Shown in pieces: positions 1-9,006 of a DNA stretch of 54,262 nt. Position 1 is the first letter of the stretch, and each line of letters begins with the position of its first letter. The position numbers and the translations under genes are program-made. The notes beneath the pieces are model-generated. The model was not told the DNA's origin, ran no database searches, and worked only from the letters and a program-made list of their open reading frames with translations. The stretch spans positions 1-54,262 of the forward strand of contig JACQSF010000002.1 in NCBI GenBank assembly GCA_016206085.1, written 5' to 3'. This stretch comes from Candidatus Uhrbacteria bacterium (lineage in GTDB: Bacteria > Patescibacteriota > Patescibacteriia > UBA9934 > GWF2-40-263).

Positions 1-11
1 ACTGACGATCA

Positions 12-34
12 CGCAGGCTGAAGCCTGCGGCTAC
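12..34 (-). repeat. GTAG-tagged REP-like hairpin
   Basis: Minus strand reads GTAG-C-CGCAGGC-TTCA-GCCTGCG. Near-identical copy at 52334-52356; related doublet at 31428-31480. Confidence 0.7.
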
Positions 35-144
35 CTCAGCCTACAATCCACGCCATATTACATCTGACTCATCTCCCTCTTGAGGACATGGAGCTGAATA
101 ATTAATGGTGACAAGTTGCTGAATGACTACAGAAACGGGAGAAC

Positions 145-176
145 AAAAAAGACCGTCTGATGAGACCGTCTTTTTT
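145..176. terminator. Intrinsic terminator downstream of tRNA-Met
   Basis: AAAAAAGAC-c-GTCT-gatg-AGAC-c-GTCTTTTTT, a hairpin with A/T tracts on both sides, immediately 3' of the tRNA. Confidence 0.65.
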
Positions 177-252
177 GGTAGCTGGGGTGGGAGTTGAACC
201 CACGACCTCGGGCTTATGAGTCCCACGCTCTAACCAACTGAGCTACCCAGCC
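176..252 (-). tRNA. tRNA with CAT anticodon (elongator Met or Ile2)
   Basis: Minus strand GGCTGGGTAGCTCAGTTGGTTAGAGC...CT-CAT-AA...GGTTCAACTCC...CCCAGCTACCA; 77 nt with encoded CCA. Position 1:72 is G:U, so it is not initiator-like. Confidence 0.95.
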
Positions 253-266
253 ATGTGAAATTTGTA

Positions 267-371
267 AAATTGGCGAGCTGCTTGCTCTTCAGTCGGAAAC
301 TCGCTCGTCGTAGGATTTACCTACGTCTTGCGAGATTTCCGACCTCCAGAGCGGCGCATCTCATCCAATTT
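267..371. repeat. ~105-bp rod-like hairpin element, copy A (tRNA-Leu/tRNA-Met spacer)
   Basis: The first 24 nt (AAATTGGCGAGCTGCTTGCTCTTC) and last 28 nt (CTCCAGAGCGGCGCATCTCATCCAATTT) are identical to 46481-46583. The central 53 nt form a different hairpin. Confidence 0.9.
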
Positions 372-385
372 AACAAATTTCATTG

Positions 386-472
386 TGGTGCCGCGGGAGG
401 GAATCGAACCCTCACATGGTTGCCCATACAGGATTTTGAGTCCTGCGCGTCTACCAATTCCGCCACCGCGGC
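386..472 (-). tRNA. tRNA-Leu(CAA)
   Basis: Minus strand GCCGCGGTGGCGGAATTGGTAGACGCG-CAGGA-CT-CAA-AA-TCCTG, long variable arm, GGTTCGATTCC, CCGCGGCACCA. Confidence 0.96.
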
Positions 473-500
473 AAACCTCCTTCTATGAATGGGCGACGAA

Positions 501-529
501 ACAATATCAAAAACATCCTGGGCTGTCCA
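501..529 (-). promoter_or_regulatory. Putative sigma70 promoter of the tRNA-Leu/tRNA-Met unit
   Basis: Minus strand TGGACA-17 nt-TATTGT with a TGn extension. Confidence 0.5.
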
Positions 530-546
530 GCAATCGGTCTCTCGAA

Positions 547-837
547 TTATTCATTCTTCAACCCTGCGAAGCCGCCCAAAATAGCACCGACGAGGGTTCC
601 AAGACCCATGCCTAAAAATGGAGCAATGACTTGTGGACCCTCCTCAAACACATCCGGTAGGATGATGATCGAGATATATTTAATCGCGACTCCCAAGATG
701 AGACCCGCGATGAGACCGGCGATCGCGCCACCAACGGAGTCGCGAAGCATGTTAAGGAACGGACTAATTTGTTTTGCCATAAGGAACAAAGATAAGAGTA
801 TACAGACAGCATACTTCTTTCGATGTATTTTTTCCAT
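547..837 (-). CDS. Small Gly-rich membrane protein (hypothetical)
   Basis: 96-aa ORF with two hydrophobic GxxxG-rich helices. Start uncertain (783 is an alternative). Confidence 0.55.
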   Translation of the reverse strand: MEKIHRKKYAVCILLSLFLMAKQISPFLNMLRDSVGGAIAGLIAGLILGVAIKYISIIILPDVFEEGPQVIAPFLGMGLGTLVGAILGGFAGLKNE

Positions 838-864
838 GCATCAGGTATAATGATTCCACTCCTT

Positions 865-1638
865 ATGGCGCATATTATTTCCGTAGTTAATCAGAAAGGA
901 GGTGTGGGGAAAACAACGACGGCTTTGAATTTAGCCGCGTTTTTAGCTTCTGCGGGGAAGTTCATCTTGCTTGTCGATCTTGATCCTCAAGCCAATGCGA
1001 CGTCTGGTGTTGGTATTGATCACAAGACGTTACCCGCTGGTGTCTACGAGGGACTGGTTGGTTCTCATGCTTTGCGTAACTTGATTCATCCGACCGCGCA
1101 CGAAGGATTGAGTATCTTGCCAGCAACTCAGGCTCTTGCGGGAGCAAGTGTGGAATTGGTGAATGCGGAAGAACGCGAACACTTCTTACGCAAGGCGCTT
1201 CTAGAAGTCCGCAATGACTACGACTACATCTTCATCGATAACCCGCCCAGCCTTGGCATGCTGACCATCAACGGGCTTGTCGCGGCTGACTCGGTGCTTA
1301 TTCCGGTTCAGGCCGAGTATTTTGCCCTGGAAGGTCTCTCGCAATTACTCAACACCGTGAACCTCGTGCGCGACAACATCAAACCAGATTTGGACGTCAT
1401 GGGAGCCGTGATCACAATGTATGATGGTCGCACACGACTCTCCAAGGAAGTTCTCGAAGAACTCTACCGATACTTTCCTGATAAGATTTTCCGCTCCGTC
1501 ATCCCGCGTTCGGTTCGTCTGGCCGAAGCCCCGAGTTTTGGGAAAACCATTTTGGGTTATGACCCGGCGTCGAAAGCTGCCAAGGCGTACGAACGTCTCG
1601 CTCGAGAATTTTTGTTACGTGAAGAAGGTCGCATTTAG
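865..1638 (+). CDS. parA: Chromosome partitioning ATPase ParA/Soj
   Basis: Deviant Walker A QKGGVGKTT, DLDPQAN, DNPPSLG, IPRSVRLAEAPS. Start refined to MAHIISV. Confidence 0.96.
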   Translation: MAHIISVVNQKGGVGKTTTALNLAAFLASAGKFILLVDLDPQANATSGVGIDHKTLPAGVYEGLVGSHALRNLIHPTAHEGLSILPATQALAGASVELVNAEEREHFLRKALLEVRNDYDYIFIDNPPSLGMLTINGLVAADSVLIPVQAEYFALEGLSQLLNTVNLVRDNIKPDLDVMGAVITMYDGRTRLSKEVLEELYRYFPDKIFRSVIPRSVRLAEAPSFGKTILGYDPASKAAKAYERLAREFLLREEGRI

Positions 1639-1640
1639 CT

Positions 1641-2498
1641 ATGACACATTCTGCATTAGGAAGAGGGCTTGGTTCCCTGATTCCACAAAAGCAAAGCATC
1701 ACTGAACAGATCATTCCACAAGCTCGCACACAGGTTCTTGAAGTTGGCGTGAATGAGATCGTAGAAAATCCCCGTCAGCCTCGCCAACATTTTTCGCCGG
1801 CTGAGCTTGAGGATCTCATCGCCAGCATTAAAGAGCATGGCATTTTACAGCCGCTCATTGTGACGCGCGCAGACGGGAAGTACGAACTCATCGCGGGTGA
1901 ACGACGCCTTCGTGCCTCTCGAACCCTGGGACTCAAGTCGGTGCCTGTGATCGTGCGCGATGCGAATGAACAGCAGAAGCTCGAACTGGCTCTCATCGAA
2001 AATATCCAACGCCAAGATCTCAACGCGCTTGAAGAAGCGATCGCCTACAAGGCGCTCATGGACGAGTTCAATCTCACCCAAGACGAAGTCGGTAAGCGGG
2101 TAGGGAAGAGCCGCTCCAACGTGGCCAACATCTTGCGTCTTCTTGAACTCCCAGAAGAGATGCTTCACGCACTGCGCGACGGAAAGATCACGAAGTCGCA
2201 TGCTCGCACGCTCTTGGCTGAGTCCAATGAGGTGAAGCGTGAAGCGTTGTTTGGAGCTATGCTTCATGGTGGCGTAACCGTGCGTGAGGCAGAGGCTCGG
2301 GTCACGAGTGATCCTCGGAAGAGTTCATCGAAAGTCTCACGCAAAGATCCCAATCTCCTTGCTCACGAAAAACGTCTACGGGAGATTCTTGGAACAAAAG
2401 TTGAAATTAAGGAGGCGGGCGGCAAGGGAAGTATTTCAATCGCCTTTTACTCACGAGAAGAACTTATCGATCTTCTGGATCGACTGAGTGGATTTTAA
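1641..2498 (+). CDS. parB: ParB/Spo0J partition protein
   Basis: ALGRGLGSLI N-terminus, NPRQPR, IAGERRLRA, ENIQRQDLN, HTH; follows parA directly. Confidence 0.96.
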   Translation: MTHSALGRGLGSLIPQKQSITEQIIPQARTQVLEVGVNEIVENPRQPRQHFSPAELEDLIASIKEHGILQPLIVTRADGKYELIAGERRLRASRTLGLKSVPVIVRDANEQQKLELALIENIQRQDLNALEEAIAYKALMDEFNLTQDEVGKRVGKSRSNVANILRLLELPEEMLHALRDGKITKSHARTLLAESNEVKREALFGAMLHGGVTVREAEARVTSDPRKSSSKVSRKDPNLLAHEKRLREILGTKVEIKEAGGKGSISIAFYSREELIDLLDRLSGF

Positions 2499-2522
2499 AA
2501 CAGGTGAAAGCCTGTTTTTCCT

Positions 2523-3203
2523 ATGCGAACGTTTTCTTCATCCAAGTTCCTTCTCTGGATTATTCTCGTTCCAATGCTTCTGTTCCAGTTGTTGGGAGCG
2601 ACACTTTACTTCTTTGCTCTCCCAGGACTTGCAGAGGTGCTCTATCCTGCGACGAAGATTTTGATGATCGTCTGGCCGGTGCTGTGGTTTGCTGTAGGAT
2701 TCCGCCCGAAGACGTTTGCTGATCCCAAAAGCGGTCGCTGGTTGTTTGGACTTTCTTCTGGAGCTGCATTCTCTGTAGTCATTGCCCTCGTGTTCCTTCT
2801 CTTTAAGGATTATTTTGAATCCCTCGCACCGGCTCTTGAGGTAACCGTTCGAACGTTCGGAATTTGGGATTGGTACATTCCATTCGCTGTCATACTTTCG
2901 TTGGGCCATTCCTTGTTTGAGGAGGTCTATTGGCGTTGGTTCGTGTTTGGAGGCCTACGTCTACTCATGCCTGTAGGTGCGGCCATGGTTGTGAGTTCGC
3001 TCGCCTTTGCCAGTCATCATGTTCTTATTCTGTGGCTTTTTTTGCCTTGGCCACTCGCCATGTTCTTTGGTCTGTGTGTAGCGGTAGCCGGGATGTGCTG
3101 GTGCATGCTCTATCAAAAAACCAACTCGCTTATCACGAGTTGGTTGAGTCATATCTTGGTAGATGTGACGATCCTTGCGATTGGGTACGGCATTCTTTTC
3201 TAA
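2523..3203 (+). CDS. CPBP (Abi/CAAX protease-like) intramembrane glutamic metalloprotease
   Basis: Multi-TM protein with EEVYWR, FASHH and HxxxD motifs. Confidence 0.85.
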   Translation: MRTFSSSKFLLWIILVPMLLFQLLGATLYFFALPGLAEVLYPATKILMIVWPVLWFAVGFRPKTFADPKSGRWLFGLSSGAAFSVVIALVFLLFKDYFESLAPALEVTVRTFGIWDWYIPFAVILSLGHSLFEEVYWRWFVFGGLRLLMPVGAAMVVSSLAFASHHVLILWLFLPWPLAMFFGLCVAVAGMCWCMLYQKTNSLITSWLSHILVDVTILAIGYGILF

Positions 3204-3207
3204 GACA

Positions 3208-4707
3208 TCATTTCTTTGCCTTCTCTCGTCCTTTGAGAACCTCGGCGAACCATCCTTTGACGGTGTGACGTGTTGAATCTTTAATTTTGCTGCGCGCATG
3301 GCGAGTCTTGGCGAATTTGAGCCAGTCCGGGTTAGGACCGCGTCGGTTCTTGTCTGTGATGACCTCGACGATGTCGCCTGATTGCAAAGGAGTGTCGAGA
3401 TTGCGCATGACTTCGTTTACACGAGCCGCCGTACATTTGTTGCCGACTTCCGTGTGAATCGCATAGGCGAAGTCCACAGGCGTCGCTCCTTCAGGCAAGT
3501 CGATAACGTCTCCTTCTGGAGTGAAGACAAAAATGCGATCCTTAAATACATCAATCTTCATGACTTCCAGTTGTTCCATGAAGTCTTTTTTGCTTTGGAG
3601 TTCTTTTTGAATCTGAGCGAGTTCTTCCATCCAGCGGGTATTGCGCATGGGTTTACTGGATCCTTCCTTGTATCGCCAGTGTGAGGCCACACCGTACTCG
3701 GCCAGCTCATGCATTTCAAGTGTCCTGATTTGAAACTCCACGATTTCGCCGTTTTGTGTAAAGACCGTTGTATGGAGTGATTGATAGCCGTTGGGTTTGG
3801 GTTGGGCGATGTAGTCCTTGATACGCCCAGGAACCGGCCGCCAATGTTGATGCAACAACCCAAGAACCATGTAGCACTCCTCCACGTCTGAGACGATGAT
3901 TCGCACCGCAATGAGATCGTAGATTTTGCTTAAGTCTCCTTGATACTTGTTGAGCTTTTTGAAGAGGCTATACAAACGTTTAATGCGCCCGTGCACTTGA
4001 AAGTCCTCAATGCTGGTTGTGGTTAAAAGCTTTTCAACCGAATCAATAATGCGACTGGCATAGGCTCCTTTTTCACGAACCTTAATGTCCATGATGTTCT
4101 TCATTCGTTCAAACTCTTTGGGGTGGAGATAGGCGAAAGATCCATCCTCTAGCTCTCCCTTGAACTCGCTCATCCCCAGGCGTCCGGCGATCGGCGCATA
4201 AATTTCCAACGACTCACGCGCGATGCGTTCCTGTTTGTGCTTGGGTTGACCGTAGAGCGTTTCCAGGTTGTGGAGGCGATCGGCAAATTTCATAAACACG
4301 ACACGGACATCGCTTGCCATCGCTAAAAACATCTTACGCATGTTTTCCGCGTAGCGTTCCGCCCCGCGATACTTGATTCCGTGTTTGAGTTTCGTTACGG
4401 CCTCGACGAGACCCGCGATATCTTCCCCAAATTGGGTTTTAAGGTCCTCAATGGTGACAGGAGAATCTTCAACGACATCATGCAAAAGTCCCGCGACGAC
4501 CACATTGAGATGGAGTCCCATTTCTGCGAGGCGATACGAAACGGCAAGTGGATGCGTAATGACCGGATGTCCGGTGAGACGCACCTCACCCTTGTGCGCC
4601 TTGTCCGCCAACGCAAAAGCGCGTCGAAGCGTTTCGAGATCCGGATTCTTGTACGTTTTTTCAACGAGTCGTTCAAGCTCGCCGTAGGTGCGGACAATTT
4701 CACTCAT
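3208..4707 (-). CDS. rel: RelA/SpoT homologue (HD hydrolase + synthetase + TGS; lacks ZFD/ACT)
   Basis: LHDVVED, KFADRLHN, GRIKxLYS, NGYQSLH, EFQIRT and TGS motif VDFAYAIHTEVG; 499 aa. Confidence 0.93.
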   Translation of the reverse strand: MSEIVRTYGELERLVEKTYKNPDLETLRRAFALADKAHKGEVRLTGHPVITHPLAVSYRLAEMGLHLNVVVAGLLHDVVEDSPVTIEDLKTQFGEDIAGLVEAVTKLKHGIKYRGAERYAENMRKMFLAMASDVRVVFMKFADRLHNLETLYGQPKHKQERIARESLEIYAPIAGRLGMSEFKGELEDGSFAYLHPKEFERMKNIMDIKVREKGAYASRIIDSVEKLLTTTSIEDFQVHGRIKRLYSLFKKLNKYQGDLSKIYDLIAVRIIVSDVEECYMVLGLLHQHWRPVPGRIKDYIAQPKPNGYQSLHTTVFTQNGEIVEFQIRTLEMHELAEYGVASHWRYKEGSSKPMRNTRWMEELAQIQKELQSKKDFMEQLEVMKIDVFKDRIFVFTPEGDVIDLPEGATPVDFAYAIHTEVGNKCTAARVNEVMRNLDTPLQSGDIVEVITDKNRRGPNPDWLKFAKTRHARSKIKDSTRHTVKGWFAEVLKGREKAKK

Positions 4708-4755
4708 AAAATTGAGGATACCTTGTCAGAGGCTCCTCGTAAAGGGAAAATCCCG

Positions 4756-4784
4756 TTGACGGCGAAGAAATTTTCTGCTATATT
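4756..4784 (+). promoter_or_regulatory. Putative sigma70 promoter
   Basis: TTGACG-17 nt-TATATT with a TGn extension. Confidence 0.6.
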
Positions 4785-4807
4785 TGGAGCAATTCACTAG
4801 AATAGTT

Positions 4808-5587
4808 ATGGCAATAAAACCACGACGTCTCCCAGAGGGAGGATCAGATCGATCACCAGAGGAAGTCATTCCTTCTCGACGCGCAGAAGCAGAGGCTTCA
4901 CCTGGAGCAGCTCCATCATCTGAAACAAGAAGCTCGTCAGATGCTGTTGACCCTGTGGCGATTGAAGCGGCACGAGCCCGAGCAATGGCATCAGGATCAT
5001 CGCGCACAGAAGAACCAAAAGAAGACAAAAAAACATGGTTTGATTTTTCAAAGGATGTGGGGTCGCGAGCCGAAAAAGTCGGGAAGGGAGGACTTCAAGT
5101 GTTGGGAGGGTCTCTGGTGGTAGCCGGGTATCTTGGCTATCAGACCAGTCGTCCAGTGCTGTTTACAACCGCCCGCGCCCTGGATTGGATTGGACACAAG
5201 ATGAACAGCTTGGCAGACAGGCTCATCGACAAAAAATTTCCTCTATTGAGTTGGATCGTCAACCCGGCAGTCTCATTACTTGATTCGTTTGCCAAGTCGC
5301 TTGGGATCGATAAGGCCCTTGCTGAACATTTGAGAAAGAATAGGGAGGATCGCAGGAAGCTCGCGGAAAAGGTTCTGAAAGAATATCGAGCTTCTGAAAC
5401 AACGTGCGAGAAAAAAATCGACGATGCTGCCTCGAGAGCCAGACGTCGCAGAGTTATTGAGGAGAAACTTGGAAAAGATGTAGCGGATGCACTTGGTGAT
5501 GATGTCGATGCCGCAGCCACAGCTGCAGCCGCCGGTTCAAAAGCGACAGAAGCACCAAAACCTGTGGAAGCAGTGAAGACAACATAA
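4808..5587 (+). CDS. Hypothetical protein (disordered N-terminus, amphipathic middle, coiled-coil C-terminus)
   Basis: Long ORF between a promoter and a terminator. Start moved to the ATG at 4808, downstream of the predicted promoter. Confidence 0.75.
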   Translation: MAIKPRRLPEGGSDRSPEEVIPSRRAEAEASPGAAPSSETRSSSDAVDPVAIEAARARAMASGSSRTEEPKEDKKTWFDFSKDVGSRAEKVGKGGLQVLGGSLVVAGYLGYQTSRPVLFTTARALDWIGHKMNSLADRLIDKKFPLLSWIVNPAVSLLDSFAKSLGIDKALAEHLRKNREDRRKLAEKVLKEYRASETTCEKKIDDAASRARRRRVIEEKLGKDVADALGDDVDAAATAAAAGSKATEAPKPVEAVKTT

Positions 5588-5608
5588 AACGGGTAATGCC
5601 CGTTTTAT
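5584..5608. terminator. Bidirectional intrinsic terminator
   Basis: ATAAAACGGG-taatg-CCCGTTTTAT between convergent genes. Confidence 0.7.
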
Positions 5609-7890
5609 TTTTTGTGTGGTTTGAATTTTCCTTTCTTGGCCTCGAGTGCGCGTTTCTTTTCCAGGATCTCGATCGCGGACTCACGGGTGACTTCTGCCGG
5701 GTTACGTTTTTTGCCAAGTGACGCGTTCGTCGTTCCGTCGGTGAGGTAAGGACCGAAACGTCCGTGCTTGAGAATAATCTCACCACCGCTTGTTGGATCG
5801 GTTCCAAACTCGGCAATGGGTGTGAGCATCTTTTTCTTGAGCTCGGCAGATTCTTTCAGGATGATGCGCGCCGTTGCTTCGTCGATCGAGAGGGGATCAA
5901 GGGGTTCCTTGATGCTCGCGCTCACTTCGCCGGCTTTGAGGTAGGGACCGAAACGTCCCACAGCCGCGACAATTTTTTCACCACCTTCTGTCACGCCCAC
6001 ATCGCGCGGAAGAGAGAGACACGCAAGCGCTTGCTCAAACGTCACAGATTCAACGTTCATGCCCTTGAGGAGTGACGCGCTTTTTGGTTTAGGCTTTCCT
6101 TCTTTCTTGTCTTCCTTGCTGTATTCACCGATCTGCACAAAGCCCCCGAAGCGGCCGGTCTTCAGAATGACAGGGAGACCTGAGTCTGGATCTGTTCCCA
6201 GCACGCGGTCTGGCATGATGTCTGCGCGGTCAAGTTCCTTTGTTTTTGTTTCAAGGTTCTTGTGAAACGGTTCGTAGAACGCTTCGAGCGTGGGCACCCA
6301 TTCAACTTTTCCTTCCGCGATTTCGTCCAGTGTGTTTTCCATCGTCGCGGTGAACTCGTAATCGACGATCTGTGGGAAGTGGCCTACCAGCACATCGTTC
6401 ACGATCAAGGCGATGTCGGTGGGAGCAAGTTTCTTGTTGTCATCACGTTCCACGTAGCCGCGATCGATGATGGTTGAGATGGTTGGCGCGTACGTGGAAG
6501 GTCGGCCAATCCCGAATTCTTCGAGTGTCTTCACGAGGGTCGCGTCTGAATAGCGGGCTGGAGGTTCAGTAAAGTGCTGTGAGGGAAGGATCGATTTTGT
6601 GACGACCGCATCGCCCTGAGCGAGATCAGGGAGGATTTTTTCTTTTGCCGACTGGTAGACCTTCATGAAACCCTGGAAGGCGACGGAGGAGCCAGAGGCG
6701 CGGAAGAGGCAGTGCTTCGCCTGGATGTCGACGGTCGTTCGGTTGAGTTGCGCAGACGGGAGCTGTGAAGCAACCGTGCGGCTCCAGATAAGGCTATAGA
6801 GTTTCCACGCGCGTGGCTCAAGCGCGGAGCGGAGCGACTCAGGAGTTGCGGTGACTTCTGTTGGACGGATGGCTTCATGCGCTTCTTGGGCGCCTTTTTT
6901 GTTGGTTTTAAAACGTCGTGCACCTTCCGCATACTTCTCACCAAACGTCGTGCGGATATAGGTCTGGGCTTCATCGAGGAATTTTTCGGCCAAGTTCATC
7001 GAGTCCGTACGCATGTAGGTGATACGACCGGTCTCGTAGAGTTCTTGAGCTAGACGCATGGTCTGCTTGGAGCTAAATCCGAGTTTCGTGTTCGCATCGA
7101 TCTGCAACGTTGAAGTCGTGAGCGGCGTGGGAGCGGCTTTCTTTATGAGCTTCTTCTCGACCGCGGTGACACTCGCCGCAGCTCCAGAAAGACTCTCGAC
7201 GATTGTCTTCGTACGTTGTTCTGTTTTGAGATCGAGTTTGTCGATTTTTTTCCCGTCGACTTCCATCAGCTTTGCCGGAAAACTGATTTCTGACTTCTCG
7301 AATTCCGCGTCGATGGTCCAGTACTCTTCAATGTTGAAGGCTCGGCGTTCGCGTTCGCGTTCGACAATAAGACGCATCGCGACAGATTGCACGCGACCAG
7401 CGGAGAGACCGTAACGGATTTTCTGCCAGAGGAATGGTGAGAGTTCGTAGCCGACAAGACGATCCAGGATACGGCGCGTCTGCTGGGCGTTCACGAGGTT
7501 TTGGTCGATGGCTCGTGGATGGGCAACGGCTTCCTCCACGGCAGCGCGGGTTATTTCGTGAAACGTGATGCGGCGAGTGTTCTCGGGTTTGAGTTTGAGC
7601 GCCTCCATGATGTGCCAGGCGATAGCCTCTCCTTCGCGGTCTTCGTCCGTCGCCAGGTAGACCATGTCGGCATGTTTGACCGCGGCTTTGAGCTCGGTCA
7701 CGGCTTTCTTGCTTTTGGGTGGAATCGTGTACGTTGGCTCAAAATGATTCTCGAGGTCTACACCGAGTTTGCTTTTTGGAAGGTCACGGATGTGACCAAA
7801 AGAGGAAAGGACTTTGTAGTCCGAACCTAAGTATTTTGAAATGGTTTTTGCTTTCGTCGGGGACTCGACGATGAGTAGATGGTGCGACAT
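5605..7890 (-). CDS. topA: DNA topoisomerase I (type IA)
   Basis: LIVESPTKAK, ATDEDREGEAI, SAGRVQS, catalytic ITYMRTDS. C-terminal GRFG/GPY repeats in place of zinc ribbons. Confidence 0.97.
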   Translation of the reverse strand: MSHHLLIVESPTKAKTISKYLGSDYKVLSSFGHIRDLPKSKLGVDLENHFEPTYTIPPKSKKAVTELKAAVKHADMVYLATDEDREGEAIAWHIMEALKLKPENTRRITFHEITRAAVEEAVAHPRAIDQNLVNAQQTRRILDRLVGYELSPFLWQKIRYGLSAGRVQSVAMRLIVERERERRAFNIEEYWTIDAEFEKSEISFPAKLMEVDGKKIDKLDLKTEQRTKTIVESLSGAAASVTAVEKKLIKKAAPTPLTTSTLQIDANTKLGFSSKQTMRLAQELYETGRITYMRTDSMNLAEKFLDEAQTYIRTTFGEKYAEGARRFKTNKKGAQEAHEAIRPTEVTATPESLRSALEPRAWKLYSLIWSRTVASQLPSAQLNRTTVDIQAKHCLFRASGSSVAFQGFMKVYQSAKEKILPDLAQGDAVVTKSILPSQHFTEPPARYSDATLVKTLEEFGIGRPSTYAPTISTIIDRGYVERDDNKKLAPTDIALIVNDVLVGHFPQIVDYEFTATMENTLDEIAEGKVEWVPTLEAFYEPFHKNLETKTKELDRADIMPDRVLGTDPDSGLPVILKTGRFGGFVQIGEYSKEDKKEGKPKPKSASLLKGMNVESVTFEQALACLSLPRDVGVTEGGEKIVAAVGRFGPYLKAGEVSASIKEPLDPLSIDEATARIILKESAELKKKMLTPIAEFGTDPTSGGEIILKHGRFGPYLTDGTTNASLGKKRNPAEVTRESAIEILEKKRALEAKKGKFKPHKK

Positions 7891-7923
7891 GGCTTCCATT
7901 AGTAAGGGTTCTAAGAAAATTCG

Positions 7924-9006
7924 TCAAGCATGACGCGTATAAAATTGCCCGCCTTCGTGTGTGATTCCTCCCTTCATTTCCATGAGCGTGAGGGTGCTCA
8001 TGAGCTTGGAAGTGGGAAGTTGGGTGGAACGGATGAGTTCGTCTACATGCAGAGGCAGGCGTGAAAGTCGTGACCAGATGAGGGTCTCTTCTTCGTTTGC
8101 TGGTTGGTACGCGCTCACGGGCGCGGGCATCGGTTCGATCCCGAAGATGTCCTCGGGTTTGGTGACCGGTGTGGCGCCGTTTTTAATGAGTTCATGAGGG
8201 CCTTCCGAGAGAAGGGAATGGATGGGGCCGGGTACGGCGTACACGTCACGATTACTGTCCATGGCCGACCGTGCGGTGATGAGCGAACCAGACTTGATTC
8301 CCGCTTCCACAACCAAGGTGCCGTGACACAATCCTGCAATGATACGGTTACGCATGGGAAAGTGTTGCTTTAAGGGTGGGGTGCGTAACGGGAGTTCAGA
8401 GATCAAGGCTCCTCCCTGTGCGATGATGCGAGACGCGAGTGCTCGATTGTGCGAGGGATAAATACTTTCATGATCCACACCTGAGCCCAGGATCGCGAGC
8501 GTCGTGCCGTCTGCGCGTAGTGCCGCATCATGGGCGGTTGCATCGATGCCATACGCGAGTCCGCTTACGATCACGACGCCCGCGCGAGCAACGGGTTCGA
8601 TCAGCTCGTCTGTCACGCGCAGTCCATAGGGTGATGCGCTTCGTGAGCCGACAACAGCGAGATGTTTACGATTGGGATTAGGAAGTGCCCCACGTACAAA
8701 CAGCACGGCCGGAGGATCGTAAATCTGTTTGAGGAGCGGCGGGTAAATCTCGTCTTGAATCGTGATGGCTTGAACGCCATGGATCTCGAGTTCTCGGTAG
8801 AGCGAATCGGGATCGATGTGGAGACGTTCCTGCAGAAAGCGGCTCGCAATTTCAGGTTCGATTCCAGCCTCGGTGAGCGCGAGAGCACTTGCTCCAAAGG
8901 CATCCTCCATGGAGGGGAATCGTCGCGCGAGTCGTGAGATTCGCACTGCTCCAAATGGATGAAACGCGGTGAGTGCGACCCAGTAAGGACGATCAGACTC
9001 GGTCAT
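7924..9006 (-). CDS. dprA: DNA-processing protein DprA
   Basis: YPPLLKQIYDPP, AVVGSR, VSGLAYGIDA, FPMRNRIIAGL, SGSLITA; adjacent to topA. Confidence 0.96.
   Translation of the reverse strand: MTESDRPYWVALTAFHPFGAVRISRLARRFPSMEDAFGASALALTEAGIEPEIASRFLQERLHIDPDSLYRELEIHGVQAITIQDEIYPPLLKQIYDPPAVLFVRGALPNPNRKHLAVVGSRSASPYGLRVTDELIEPVARAGVVIVSGLAYGIDATAHDAALRADGTTLAILGSGVDHESIYPSHNRALASRIIAQGGALISELPLRTPPLKQHFPMRNRIIAGLCHGTLVVEAGIKSGSLITARSAMDSNRDVYAVPGPIHSLLSEGPHELIKNGATPVTKPEDIFGIEPMPAPVSAYQPANEEETLIWSRLSRLPLHVDELIRSTQLPTSKLMSTLTLMEMKGGITHEGGQFYTRHA

Noticed and set aside
267-371. Integron attC site interpretation of the 105-bp rod
   Set aside because: No correctly ordered RYYYAAC...GTTRRRY boxes in both copies, no cassette ORFs and no integrase.
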